In this document: positions 21,338-30,894 of the stretch, one piece after another
How positions within the stretch are numbered: position 1 is the first letter of the stretch
How the letters are laid out: each line of letters begins with the position of its first letter
Virus record (IMG/VR): IMGVR_UViG_3300021977_000001
Reading direction: 5' to 3' (one strand)
Source: a virus
DNA length: 64,000 nucleotides
Position numbers and translations under genes: made by a program
The notes under the pieces: model-generated
The model's input: only the letters and a program-made list of their open reading frames with translations
Databases searched by the model: none
Told to the model about the DNA's origin: nothing

Positions 21338-24184
21338 ATGACTCAATTAAGTAACCTTCTTCCTGATGCAGGACGGGGTATGACAATTGCTGAGTTTGAA
21401 GCTCTGCGTGAGCAACGTAGAAGTACGTTTGCATGTTCTGGTTATATTGAACCAGGCAGGCATTATGTAGATGCGTCTAACGTTGTAGTAAATCAAGGTA
21501 TCTGGTGTACTATAAACGGCGGCGTGCCTAATGGGTTTAGAATGGGACGTGGGTCGGGCGATTCAACACAACACGGCGAGAGCGATACTAGTTACCCTAT
21601 CTATAATGTTGATGGTCTGCGTATCACACAGGCCTTAGTTGGCGCTAGTAACCGCAACACCATTGTATTACCACCAGCCCCTACGGCGGAAGTAGAGACT
21701 TCTACTACAACAACTAAAGACTATGATGTTGGCGATCACGTAGTGGTTGGTAATGATATCTACATATGTGTCTTAGACGCGCCTTCAGGGATGCTGCTAA
21801 CCGACGTTACGTATTTTAAACCCGTAGACATGGTCTCGCGTGAAGACCTTGTGGGGATGGAGGTCTTCCTTGTCGAAATAGGTGACGAGGGCGAGCAGGT
21901 TCCTGCAGTCTATCCGCTAGGTAATGTTCAATATGACGGTAATAGTACTGGGTCTAAAAACTACACTGATGGGGTAATGCCACAGAGCTATAGTGCATTT
22001 GGTACGTGGGATACGGTTACATGGGGGCGTGGTTTTACTTGGGCATTGATGTCCGAGGAAGAGAAAGATTCGTTCTTGAACAATCCTAATAACAACATAT
22101 ATCGTGATGGCGATCGCGTATTCCAATGGCAGTATCGATTTAGATCTATATCTTCGGTCGGAGACGACTGGCGTTATAATAGCGGATTTGACGATTACGC
22201 AAATAATATCATTCGTAATCGCGGTGTTAAAGTACCGATTAGATTAACCGCCCAAGGTTCTAATCCAATACCGTTAAACTATAACAGCGGACGTTATTTC
22301 TATCAGATCAACGCTAATGATAGAGCACCTGGTGTGGATGGCGGAATAGCTATAACTAACCCAGAACAGACTAGTAACCGTGCGATAGGTCCAATTTACT
22401 GGATGGGCATTGCTCGCGTTACAAGAATGAACCAAGGTGCTTATCATCCGTTCTATAACGCTATGGGAACGCTGCTTCATGCACAGACTAATAGCGGCGG
22501 TTCTACATGGGATTCAACGGCCACGGCTAAACTAGCAACTAGCGTTGCTGATTGCTTTTTAGGTTTTGAGCATGGCGGTTCAAGAATACGTAGTAAATAC
22601 GGCGGTAACATTCAATACGGCGCAAGTGGTCACCCCCAGCAATATACCTACGACGGTGTTTACGATTGGCAAATGCAAGATCTACGTATCTCAGCACATG
22701 GTGTTGATGTAGACGCTAATGCGTTTGGCATTGATGTCATGGGTGGTCGTCATCGTGGATGGGAGCGCATTAAAGGACTAGCATTTGTCAGAACCACGCT
22801 TACTAGTAGCGATATCGTTCAAGGGGAGTTCACAGCACCTCCCGCAGGCAAGATTACCAAGGAAGATGGTCAGACGGTCAAACAAGGTGGGTGTTGGGTT
22901 TATAACGTAAATAAAAATCAATACGTACCGGCTGTTAAGATCAACCGCGATGATCGTGATGATTATTATTATTACCTGCCGTCTTATGTAAGTCCTACTC
23001 TATTTGAAGGTAGTGCGTTTACTAACAGTTCTAGATCAGTATTTTCAGAAAAGGGAACTCGGGTCTATGAAGGTTGGGATGTAGGCGATGATTTAATTAT
23101 CATGATGCCTATACAGACGCCTTATTCATTAGAGCAGTTACCGGTTACTGAAGTGTTTGCTAATCCAGCAAATCTTGCGGATATGGTAGATCGCTATGGT
23201 GTAGATTACGTGCCGGGTTTAATATGGTCGCCGGTAATCCCCGATGACACATCTAAAACACAGCCGCTTACTCGCCGTGTTATTAAGAGAAACAATCACT
23301 TATCAACCTCTCAGGATTTAGGTGACTCTTGGGTTAATAACAACACGTATACTGCTAGCTTTAATGCAAACGATAATGCAGGTTCGGTTATCATGCCTGC
23401 GTCTACCGTTATGTTGATGGAGTATACTTACGGGTCCAGCGTAATGGAGCCTATGTCTTTTGCAGAGCGTCGTGTATTGGCCAGTGCTGATTTGGGTCAT
23501 GTGTTCGTACTACGTGCCGATGAGAAAAGCACGTTGATACCTACACTTATCGGTAAGATCGGACCTTACAACAGTACTGTTATATATAGCAAACACGCGC
23601 TAGAGCGTGCTATCATGACGTATAACGAAGATGAAGGTTCTGCCTTTGAAACATCTTGGTCTAACGATGTAATACGTCATAGTAACGTCACGATGAAGAC
23701 GTTTGGTGATTGTGTTAAATTCTTACCATTTCTAAGTGAGGATTTGGTTGAAGGCATAGCCTATGGTAGCTTGACTTTCCGCGAGTTAAAGTATGATGAC
23801 GATCCAAAATCGATTACCGAAATTGATCTATCCACATCAGTTACCCACGGTCTTGGTATTAACGATCGTTTTATACTTAAGAACTGCCCTAACCCAGTTA
23901 TGAATGGTATTGTGTTTGTTACTCGAGGCGCGCCGGTTCCTACTTGGAACCCTACGGATTTTGATGGCTATAGTGTCAACTACGAAGATGGGTCAGTGTA
24001 TAATAATGTTGGCATTTTACATTCAACATTCCAAGTAGATCCGACCAACGATGTAGGTGATGATAACGCCATGCAGTATTATCCACACATCACTTTCATG
24101 ACTAACTTAAACGACTATCGAGTCGCCCGTGGTCTGTCTCGCACACATAGACCGCTAGGATTCTTACCTAAGGAGAAACGCTAA
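21338..24184 (+). CDS. large tail/receptor-binding protein, paralogue 3
   Basis: 948 aa; same conserved blocks and PLGFLPK end. Confidence 0.65.
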   Translation: MTQLSNLLPDAGRGMTIAEFEALREQRRSTFACSGYIEPGRHYVDASNVVVNQGIWCTINGGVPNGFRMGRGSGDSTQHGESDTSYPIYNVDGLRITQALVGASNRNTIVLPPAPTAEVETSTTTTKDYDVGDHVVVGNDIYICVLDAPSGMLLTDVTYFKPVDMVSREDLVGMEVFLVEIGDEGEQVPAVYPLGNVQYDGNSTGSKNYTDGVMPQSYSAFGTWDTVTWGRGFTWALMSEEEKDSFLNNPNNNIYRDGDRVFQWQYRFRSISSVGDDWRYNSGFDDYANNIIRNRGVKVPIRLTAQGSNPIPLNYNSGRYFYQINANDRAPGVDGGIAITNPEQTSNRAIGPIYWMGIARVTRMNQGAYHPFYNAMGTLLHAQTNSGGSTWDSTATAKLATSVADCFLGFEHGGSRIRSKYGGNIQYGASGHPQQYTYDGVYDWQMQDLRISAHGVDVDANAFGIDVMGGRHRGWERIKGLAFVRTTLTSSDIVQGEFTAPPAGKITKEDGQTVKQGGCWVYNVNKNQYVPAVKINRDDRDDYYYYLPSYVSPTLFEGSAFTNSSRSVFSEKGTRVYEGWDVGDDLIIMMPIQTPYSLEQLPVTEVFANPANLADMVDRYGVDYVPGLIWSPVIPDDTSKTQPLTRRVIKRNNHLSTSQDLGDSWVNNNTYTASFNANDNAGSVIMPASTVMLMEYTYGSSVMEPMSFAERRVLASADLGHVFVLRADEKSTLIPTLIGKIGPYNSTVIYSKHALERAIMTYNEDEGSAFETSWSNDVIRHSNVTMKTFGDCVKFLPFLSEDLVEGIAYGSLTFRELKYDDDPKSITEIDLSTSVTHGLGINDRFILKNCPNPVMNGIVFVTRGAPVPTWNPTDFDGYSVNYEDGSVYNNVGILHSTFQVDPTNDVGDDNAMQYYPHITFMTNLNDYRVARGLSRTHRPLGFLPKEKR

Positions 24185-24837
24185 TGTCGCGTCCTACTAA
24201 ACCTGATCTGAGTCAATGGATCATAACACCTGAATCAACCGACGATGAAGGTGTTATTACAGAAGCTACCTACGACTTAAGTCATTTAACGTACGATATC
24301 AATTACTTGTATCGTCTAATGGCTAACAACGTAGCACCATCTCGCCTTGAAGCTGCCTTTAATCAGTTTAAAGAGTTCTTAAAAGAAACGTGGGTTAACC
24401 AAGTTATTGCCACGGATAAAAAGAACGCTGAGATTGAAGCGTACAACAAAGAAGCCTCTGCGTATAACGACACGTTAACGTCAGATCAAGAAGACTTCAA
24501 ACAACCACTAAAGGACTACATCCCTTTCACTGCGATGCCGCAGCCTGGTGAGTTTGAAGACTACTTTACCGGCGATACCAAATACGCTACCTGGCGCAAG
24601 CTTAATGCGTTTGAGTTCAACGGTACCGTGTGTAGCGTAACGGAAAACGACCAGAACGGCTGGACGTCGATCGATCGTCTTATCGAGAAGCGCGAAGCGG
24701 CAGGTGCTGAATGGCAACCAATTCCGTTTAAGAACGAGAACGGTAACACCGTAGTTCTTGCAACGAAAGAAGAATGGGAAACCTTCTACTTCACTGCATG
24801 GGATAAACGTGTTGAGTTCTTCGGTGTAAGCGTATAG
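24184..24837 (+). CDS. tail fibre assembly/chaperone-like protein (DUF4376-like C-terminus)
   Basis: TAATG overlap with paralogue 3; AFEFNGTVCSVTENDQNG...FKNENGNTVVL...F..AWDKRVEFF. Confidence 0.5.
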   Translation: MSRPTKPDLSQWIITPESTDDEGVITEATYDLSHLTYDINYLYRLMANNVAPSRLEAAFNQFKEFLKETWVNQVIATDKKNAEIEAYNKEASAYNDTLTSDQEDFKQPLKDYIPFTAMPQPGEFEDYFTGDTKYATWRKLNAFEFNGTVCSVTENDQNGWTSIDRLIEKREAAGAEWQPIPFKNENGNTVVLATKEEWETFYFTAWDKRVEFFGVSV

Positions 24838-24850
24838 ATCGACGCATTTA

Positions 24851-24881
24851 AGAGGTAGGGTAAAACTCTACCTCTCTTTTT
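24851..24881 (+). terminator. canonical intrinsic terminator (U-tract)
   Basis: agaggtaggg-taaaa-ctctacctct then cttttt. Confidence 0.75.
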
Positions 24882-24963
24882 ACTACGATACTATGATGCG
24901 ATCACTATCGTGCTTTTTTATTTAACGGGACAACCCCAAACCCCTTACTAGGAGTTTCACCTT

Positions 24964-25956
24964 ATGACAACTGTCAATTCGACTTCAGGCGCAGAAAACG
25001 TAGCCATCGATTTGGGTCAGATTCAGTTTGACCGCTCGGTTACCTCTGGCGCTGCACCTCTGGCTGCTGACCTTGAAGAAGGTGCTATTGCACTTAACTT
25101 AGTAGATCGCAAGATCTTTACTAAAGACCACGAAGGCAACGTAATCACGCTAGGTCGTGACTACACTGCTGATATTGCTGCTGCACAAGCTAACGCAATC
25201 GCGCAGTCTAACACTTACACCGATAGCCAAATCAACGGTCTTAAAGGTGGCACGCTAGCTGCTGACCTAGATACCCTGTTGAAGATCGGTCAACGTCTTG
25301 AAACTGCTGAGTCTAACATCGCTCAGGGTCAACAAGACACCCAAAACCTAACCAAAGCTGACGTTGGTCTAGGTAACGTTGAAAACTACGGTATCAGCGA
25401 CTCAGTTGCAGAACAGACGTCTACTCAGTACGCGTCATCTATGGCTGCGTATACTGCTCACCAGCGTGCGGTTGATGCTGAAGCAGCAGCGATTGCTTAC
25501 GCTGACGCAGTTAAGTCTGACATCCTTGGCGGTGCTCCACCAGAAGCGTTGGATACCCTTCAAGAACTTGCTGCTGCATTGACAGACAACGACAGCGATA
25601 TCGCTGCTATCACGTCTTCACTTGCAACTAAAGCAACGATCACTCAGCTTAACGATGGCTTGGATACTAAAGTAGACAAAACGTCTATCTCTGATTCAAT
25701 CACGTCTAACAGCTCAACAAACGTTGCGTCTTCAAATGCAATTCTACTTGCATTGACTGATGCTAAAGCTTACGCTGACGCTGGCCTTGCACTTAAAGTA
25801 GACAAGTCTGCTATCTCAAGTGCGACCGACTCTGCATCTGAAACTAACGTAGCTTCTTCTAAAGCCGTTAACGATGCACGCCTAGCTGCCATTAGTCATG
25901 CTAACGGTCTGGTTGCCGACCTCGCTGCTAACTTGGACTACGGACGTTCATTCTAG
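24964..25956 (+). CDS. tail fibre protein (Mtd-N-like domain plus fibre repeats)
   Basis: IQFDRS...LEEGAIALNLVDRKIFTKD; TKADVGLGNVEN; APPEALDTLQELAAAL; three DS..S.S.T.VASS.A tail-fibre repeats. Confidence 0.75.
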   Translation: MTTVNSTSGAENVAIDLGQIQFDRSVTSGAAPLAADLEEGAIALNLVDRKIFTKDHEGNVITLGRDYTADIAAAQANAIAQSNTYTDSQINGLKGGTLAADLDTLLKIGQRLETAESNIAQGQQDTQNLTKADVGLGNVENYGISDSVAEQTSTQYASSMAAYTAHQRAVDAEAAAIAYADAVKSDILGGAPPEALDTLQELAAALTDNDSDIAAITSSLATKATITQLNDGLDTKVDKTSISDSITSNSSTNVASSNAILLALTDAKAYADAGLALKVDKSAISSATDSASETNVASSKAVNDARLAAISHANGLVADLAANLDYGRSF

Positions 25957-26017
25957 ATTCTGATCAATTGATGAATCTTAGATTAGATTGATTCTGATCA
26001 AAAAAGAAACATAGCTA

Positions 26018-26059
26018 AAGATCCCTCTCCTGTAATGGGAGAGGGATCTTCTATGCCGT
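26018..26059. terminator. bidirectional hairpin + CTATGCCG (+)
   Basis: 13-bp stem aagatccctctcc/ggagagggatctt between convergent genes. Confidence 0.75.
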
Positions 26060-27661
26060 TTAACCGAATACTTCTAAAGTATACTCCTTCTCTAATAAAG
26101 AATGCTCTGTAAGGTACCTGTAAGCCTCTCTAACGTTAGAAAAGATTACATGCGGCTCATTGGGTTGCTTAAGGATAACATCCTCTGAGATGTCCGTACA
26201 GCCCCTGTAATCGTTCCATGGGGTAGGATCTTCAATACGTTTAACTACCCACTCATCGTTAATCATCGATCCTCTTAAAGCATTGTTTCTCAATATATTT
26301 AAATTTAGATCATACTCCTTAGCAAATATAGATAATTTCTTACTAAACACTATTGTCTTTGTTAGGACATTAAGACATGCGATAACTCTCCACTTTAATT
26401 GTGGTGGTGCTTTAGTATTTAAAGCTTTTTCTATACCCCATCCCTTCTCCAACCGTTGGCGTAGTAGATCTGGGGCTATTCCATGTTTCTCGGCCAGTTC
26501 TCTGCGTTTAACAATCTCCCCTTTATACTCTACCATCGCAGTAGTGCTTTTATTCATGGATTGAGTACGGTTATCTGCCCATCTACAATTCTCTGGACTA
26601 TAGTCCCCATCATTATCTTTACGGTCTAACGTATAGCCCTCAGGCGGCATCCCCATGTCTTCTAAGAAGTTAGGGAAATGGTCCCAACGTTCACACACCT
26701 TGACACCTTTTTCTCCATAGTTAGCATAGTACTCATCATTTGGGTTATTGCAGCGATTGCGCATAGCCAACCATCTTCCGTATAGAGGATGGTCTCTCAT
26801 CCCGTGGGTAGTAAATCGCTCTCTCGCTGATAACCCCTTACCACAACCGCAACTTTTGGTGTGGCCTGAGGTTAGATCGTTAGTCGCCACTGAGGTTGTA
26901 TTACCGCAGCTACATTGGCAGATCCAACGACGCTTCTTACCTTGCTTTATAGGGTCTTCTCTAAGAACCGTTAATTCGCTAAAGGTATCCCCTATTAGGT
27001 TGCGTTTAGATAAGCACCCGCAACTTCTAGTATCCCCTGCCTTTAAGGATTTTGCTGATACTATTTTCTCATTACCACACGAGCATCTTACCCACCACCG
27101 ATTCCCTCTAGTAGCAGGTAGGGGGTCTGCTTTCTTAAAGACCGTTACCTCTCCAAAGGTTTTATCCATAAGGTCTTCGCCTTGTCTAACGTTGGTTTGT
27201 TTATTCCCTTTACGATCACCCCAGTAGCAGTTATCGGGTCCAAAGTCAGCGTTAGCGTCCCTTCTTAATAAGACCTGACCGGGTTCAGGTTCTCCCATAT
27301 CTTGCACGAATAACCCAAAATCATCCCACCTAGGATCAACACCTACACCTAGTCCTCCGTAGTTATGGTAGTCGGCGTTGTTTGGATTGTTACAGCGTCC
27401 ACGCATCATCATCCACCGACCGTGTAAAGGGTGGTGACGTAGACCGTGGGTAGTTGCGTTCTCTTTTGCCTTTAGCTTGGCTAAGCAGCCGCATGAAGTA
27501 ATTTTGCCTGCTTTAAGCCTGTAGGTGTCCACGGATATTACCTTACCGCATTGACATTTACACAGCCAGCTGCGTTTGGTTTTTGTATTAGACGTGTCTA
27601 GGCCTTGAACGGTTAACACCCCAACATTCAACCCTACTAATTCATTATCAACACTTACCAT
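26060..27661 (-). mobile_element. free-standing HNH-type homing endonuclease with tandem domains
   Basis: Three G..F..LTV...W.C.C.CG...L..G...SCGC modules; two HG....P..GRW..M..RC.NP...Y..YG..G...RW.F..F..DMG nuclease-type domains (second intact LDRKDNDGDYSPENCRWA, first degenerate); C-terminal HTH; antisense to the tail genes. Confidence 0.8.
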
Positions 27662-27697
27662 CGTATATTCCTAAGCTTGATATTACAAGTTCAGTTG

Positions 27698-28075
27698 TCA
27701 CAAGTCATCCGCGTAGCCTTTGATGTCTTTGTTTACTGATTTCGTTAGCACGTCTTCTGAGGGAAGCTGATAATTTGAGAAAGACATGGCTTGAGCCACG
27801 GTCCATCCCTTATTATCTGCTAGCTTCAACAGCTCGCTATCCTCTGGGAAAACAAACCCTCCAATAGCCATGACGTGAGCTACTGTCCATCCTTGATCGT
27901 CTGCTAATTTAAGTAGCTCACTCTCTAGTGGAAAGGTGTAACCATTGGCGACCATGACGTGAGCTACTGTAACGTTAGTAGAACCATCTTTTAATGTAAG
28001 TCTTTTATCGTTTAAGTCTAAAGTCTTTTGTTCAATTAACTCTAACGCTAATTCTTCTATCTGTTTTAAGTTCAT
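27698..28075 (-). CDS. ankyrin-like repeat protein
   Basis: Start reassigned to ATG 28075 (AGGA RBS); three ~29-aa repeats (G/N)(W/V)TVAH....G..FP..SELLKLAD, with the duplication visible in the DNA (ccatgacgtgagctactgt twice). Confidence 0.6.
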   Translation of the reverse strand: MNLKQIEELALELIEQKTLDLNDKRLTLKDGSTNVTVAHVMVANGYTFPLESELLKLADDQGWTVAHVMAIGGFVFPEDSELLKLADNKGWTVAQAMSFSNYQLPSEDVLTKSVNKDIKGYADDL

Positions 28076-28112
28076 TATTTTATTCCTATTTAAATTATCA
28101 TCAACCACATAG

Positions 28113-28124
28113 GTAATATAGGTG
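28113..28124 (-). promoter_or_regulatory. phiKZ-type early promoter CACC-TATATTAC
   Basis: Exact TATATTAC, intergenic, ~38 nt upstream of the ankyrin-like gene. Confidence 0.7.
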
Positions 28125-28251
28125 TTAAAGATAATAGACTTTAGCTACCTTATTCTTATGAATCCTTTCACGCTTACCGCGCCGTATGCGGTTAACCAAT
28201 AACGATACTAGCACGCTCATCCAATGGCCTGCTTTTAACTAGGAGTATGCA

Positions 28252-28782
28252 ATGGCAACCTTCCGATTAGGTCCTATTGGATTTCCATTCAGTAGTACAC
28301 CAGGTGCTGTACCTGAACCTGAACTTATTAATGTAGCAGGGATAGCTATTAACATTAAAGATCAGATCCTTTATTCCAAGGACGATGAAGGCAATATGTT
28401 CAGCATCGGGTCGTCGTATGACGGAATCCTTGAAGCTCACTTTAGCGCTGTCGATCCCCATGGGACATTTAACGTCATCAACACCACCGGTGATGCTACC
28501 TTAGGTGGCTTAGCGGTCTATCACGTTATTAAACGTGTAGGTGCAGGCGATGGTACCCTAACCGTTGATATGGCAGAGATTGCCGAAAACGCGATTATCA
28601 AAGTTGATAACGTTTGGGACAATGCAGGTACCGTTAACGTTGTGTCTTCTGATCCTGCTACCGTGTTCCATTTAGATGAGAGCACGCAAGAAAGTTCAGT
28701 TAGCTTAACCGGCAAAGGCCAGTTTGAGTTGATTGTGGATGTTGAAAATAATAACATTTACCTCACCAACATCGAGCAATAA
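28252..28782 (+). CDS. short tail-fibre adaptor (Mtd-N-like domain), paralogue of 14876..15466
   Basis: STPGAVP...IAINIKDQILYSKDDEGN...G.SYDGILEAHF...PHGT aligns with 14876..15466. Confidence 0.65.
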   Translation: MATFRLGPIGFPFSSTPGAVPEPELINVAGIAINIKDQILYSKDDEGNMFSIGSSYDGILEAHFSAVDPHGTFNVINTTGDATLGGLAVYHVIKRVGAGDGTLTVDMAEIAENAIIKVDNVWDNAGTVNVVSSDPATVFHLDESTQESSVSLTGKGQFELIVDVENNNIYLTNIEQ

Positions 28783-28794
28783 GATTTAACGTAG

Positions 28795-28830
28795 AAGAAG
28801 ATCTAGCAATAGGTCTTCTTTTATGCCGTC
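28795..28830 (+). terminator. hairpin + TTATGCCGTC
   Basis: aagaagatcta-gcaa-taggtcttctt. Confidence 0.7.
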
Positions 28831-28886
28831 GGGGTAGGTAATTAATCGTATGTATTGTTGTATTTGTTATTCAAAAGGACGTTAAC

Positions 28887-29744
28887 GTGTTTAAATTAAT
28901 TGCAAACATTATTAGAGAAACCATCTTACTTATTAGCGAGCTGCCCTACCTTAAGTTCATCAACGACTCAACAGGTCAGCCTATTCCAGAATTTGGTAAT
29001 GAGGGTACTGCTGTTACTAATGAAGTAGAACGCCGTAGTAAAGTTAAACTAGCGCTGGCGATGGTCGCGGTGGGTGAGAGTAGAACGAAGGTCCTAGATC
29101 GCTTCTTTGCCATGCCTGTCTATAAAGGCGAGACCATGCCTATCTTAGAGTTTAATAGACAAGAAGAGCATTGGTATTTCATTAATGGGATCATGACGAC
29201 GCAGGATGTTTTTGATGTAAATCTTCATGGGTTATCTAAGCTCCTCAATCGCCCTGTAATGGGTCTTTACAACCCGACCAAAGGAATGTACCGTGATTTA
29301 ATAGAAAGCGTGGTGGGTCGCGCTACGGATCGTTTAACACCCATTGCCCGTGTTATGGCGCAGCATCTATTCTACGCGGTGCTAAGCGGTAAGCCTGTTA
29401 GAATAATAGGTCACTCTCAGGGGGCTATTATTTTATCCAATGTGGCTAAGATATTACAAAGCTATGGGTTTGAATTAAACAATGTAGAATTCTATACTAT
29501 AGCAGGAGCGCATGATGAGTTCCCTCAGGTGCCTATGGTTGAGCATTTTGGCAATGAGAAAGACTACGTTTACCGTATAGGTGCTAAACATTACCAGGCG
29601 CGTATATACGGCGAGCAGTATGTAAGGGATCTAGGCGGTCATCTATTAAATCGACACTACCTAACCGGATTATACAACGGTGATTACTGTGGTGGTCGAT
29701 CTAAACTACATAAACACATTCAAAGCAAAAAAGAAACAATATAG
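28887..29744 (+). CDS. alpha/beta hydrolase (lipase/esterase-like)
   Basis: GHSQG nucleophile elbow, FING oxyanion-region motif, candidate Asp (EKDYV) and His (GGHLL). Confidence 0.75.
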   Translation: MFKLIANIIRETILLISELPYLKFINDSTGQPIPEFGNEGTAVTNEVERRSKVKLALAMVAVGESRTKVLDRFFAMPVYKGETMPILEFNRQEEHWYFINGIMTTQDVFDVNLHGLSKLLNRPVMGLYNPTKGMYRDLIESVVGRATDRLTPIARVMAQHLFYAVLSGKPVRIIGHSQGAIILSNVAKILQSYGFELNNVEFYTIAGAHDEFPQVPMVEHFGNEKDYVYRIGAKHYQARIYGEQYVRDLGGHLLNRHYLTGLYNGDYCGGRSKLHKHIQSKKETI

Positions 29745-29748
29745 ACAA

Positions 29749-29785
29749 GGTAGAGGTAGCAACGCGCTACCTCTACCCCTATGCC
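29749..29785. terminator. hairpin + CTATGCC (+)
   Basis: ggtagaggtagc/gctacctctacc between convergent genes. Confidence 0.75.
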
Positions 29786-30714
29786 TATTGTGCCACCAAG
29801 GCTTCTCTTAAACCTTCCATGGTATTTTCTAAACGATAGCAGGTCTTCATGAGTTCTTCATTACTAGCCGCTACATGTTCTTCATGTTTAGCTTTAATGC
29901 GTTTTGCTTCTTTCTGAAAGGCAACCGGGTCCTGATATAAACGTTGGGGATATAGCCAGATACCATCTTGACAAAAGGCATCTACTTGATTAGTGTAGCG
30001 TTCTGTCATATAGGCGGTGTCTACTCTATAGGCTGGAACACCTACTAATATATCAGAAGTATCATTGATGATTTTAGTTAAGTGTAACGTAAATGGAGAA
30101 GTAGGCCATAACTGAATAAATGAGGGTAGGTTGTACCCCGTCTTTAGTTGACGTATATCTCTAAAGTACTCGCCATCCCTTACCAGCTTACGCTCTCTGT
30201 TACCTTTAACAATATCCTTTAACGCCATGATTAAAAGATCAAGCGCTTTGACTACCTCAGCGTTAAACGCCATGCGGTGAGTTATAGCCTGTCCCACAAA
30301 GTGGTCAATTGTGTCAACATCAATGATCAGCTCATCTCTAAACACTAGACTAATGTCACCCCAGTTAACGTTAATGAGTTTTAATAACTCACGTTCTACG
30401 GTAGGCTTATCAACAATAGACCGTTCGACATCAACAGTAGATCTATAGCTAAACGCAGGCTTAGCCGTGGGCGTGTCCTTTTTAACCTGCAGCGTAGACG
30501 GTTTAGTGCTGGCTGTAGGAATATAGCGATACTCGTGAAGCGTAGTGCCGTCATTGCTAAGCATAGTCAACATATAAGGTTGTTCAATGTGCAATACCTT
30601 GTCATCTATTGTCAAGCTTGGTGGTCTTACCTTTGTATTTAAATGTGCACGTTTGGCTTGAATTATCTCTACGCTGTTGTCGTCTTTAATTAAAGATTCA
30701 ATTTTAATAATCAT
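29785..30714 (-). CDS. hypothetical protein (putative early)
   Basis: 309 aa; TAATG-coupled to upstream peptide under a TATATTAC promoter. Confidence 0.6.
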   Translation of the reverse strand: MIIKIESLIKDDNSVEIIQAKRAHLNTKVRPPSLTIDDKVLHIEQPYMLTMLSNDGTTLHEYRYIPTASTKPSTLQVKKDTPTAKPAFSYRSTVDVERSIVDKPTVERELLKLINVNWGDISLVFRDELIIDVDTIDHFVGQAITHRMAFNAEVVKALDLLIMALKDIVKGNRERKLVRDGEYFRDIRQLKTGYNLPSFIQLWPTSPFTLHLTKIINDTSDILVGVPAYRVDTAYMTERYTNQVDAFCQDGIWLYPQRLYQDPVAFQKEAKRIKAKHEEHVAASNEELMKTCYRLENTMEGLREALVAQ

Positions 30715-30833
30715 TACTTACGTCCTTTTAACCAATTCTTAACAGATGGGATAATCGCATCACGATACAGTAAAACTACTAGGCTTGACATAAGGGCAAT
30801 GTAAATAATGAAATCTAATAATGAGAATTCCAT
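30714..30833 (-). CDS. 39-aa single-TM peptide
   Basis: ATG 30833 with AAAGGA RBS; MEFSLLDFIIYIALMSSLVVLLY + basic tail. Confidence 0.55.
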   Translation of the reverse strand: MEFSLLDFIIYIALMSSLVVLLYRDAIIPSVKNWLKGRK

Positions 30834-30869
30834 AGTCTTTTCCTTTATTAATAAGTTAATCTCCCTTAA

Positions 30870-30881
30870 GTAATATAGGTC
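30870..30881 (-). promoter_or_regulatory. phiKZ-type early promoter GACC-TATATTAC
   Basis: Exact motif 36 nt upstream of ATG 30833, just after a terminator. Confidence 0.7.
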
Positions 30882-30894
30882 TATAAATTGATGA

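Noticed and set aside
20414-24061. 15-bp match aacgatgtaggtgat between paralogues 2 and 3
   Set aside because: Falls at non-homologous positions of the two proteins; probably coincidental
15494-24184. Diversity-generating retroelement acting on the tail paralogues
   Set aside because: No reverse transcriptase in the window and no ~100-bp TR/VR pair differing only at adenines was seen; an RT elsewhere in the genome cannot be excluded
25956-26001. 12-bp direct repeat gattctgatcaa near the HNH cassette edge, and a 9-bp inverted match tagctaaag (26012 / 28139)
   Set aside because: Short, AT-rich and not arranged as a target-site duplication on both sides of the cassette
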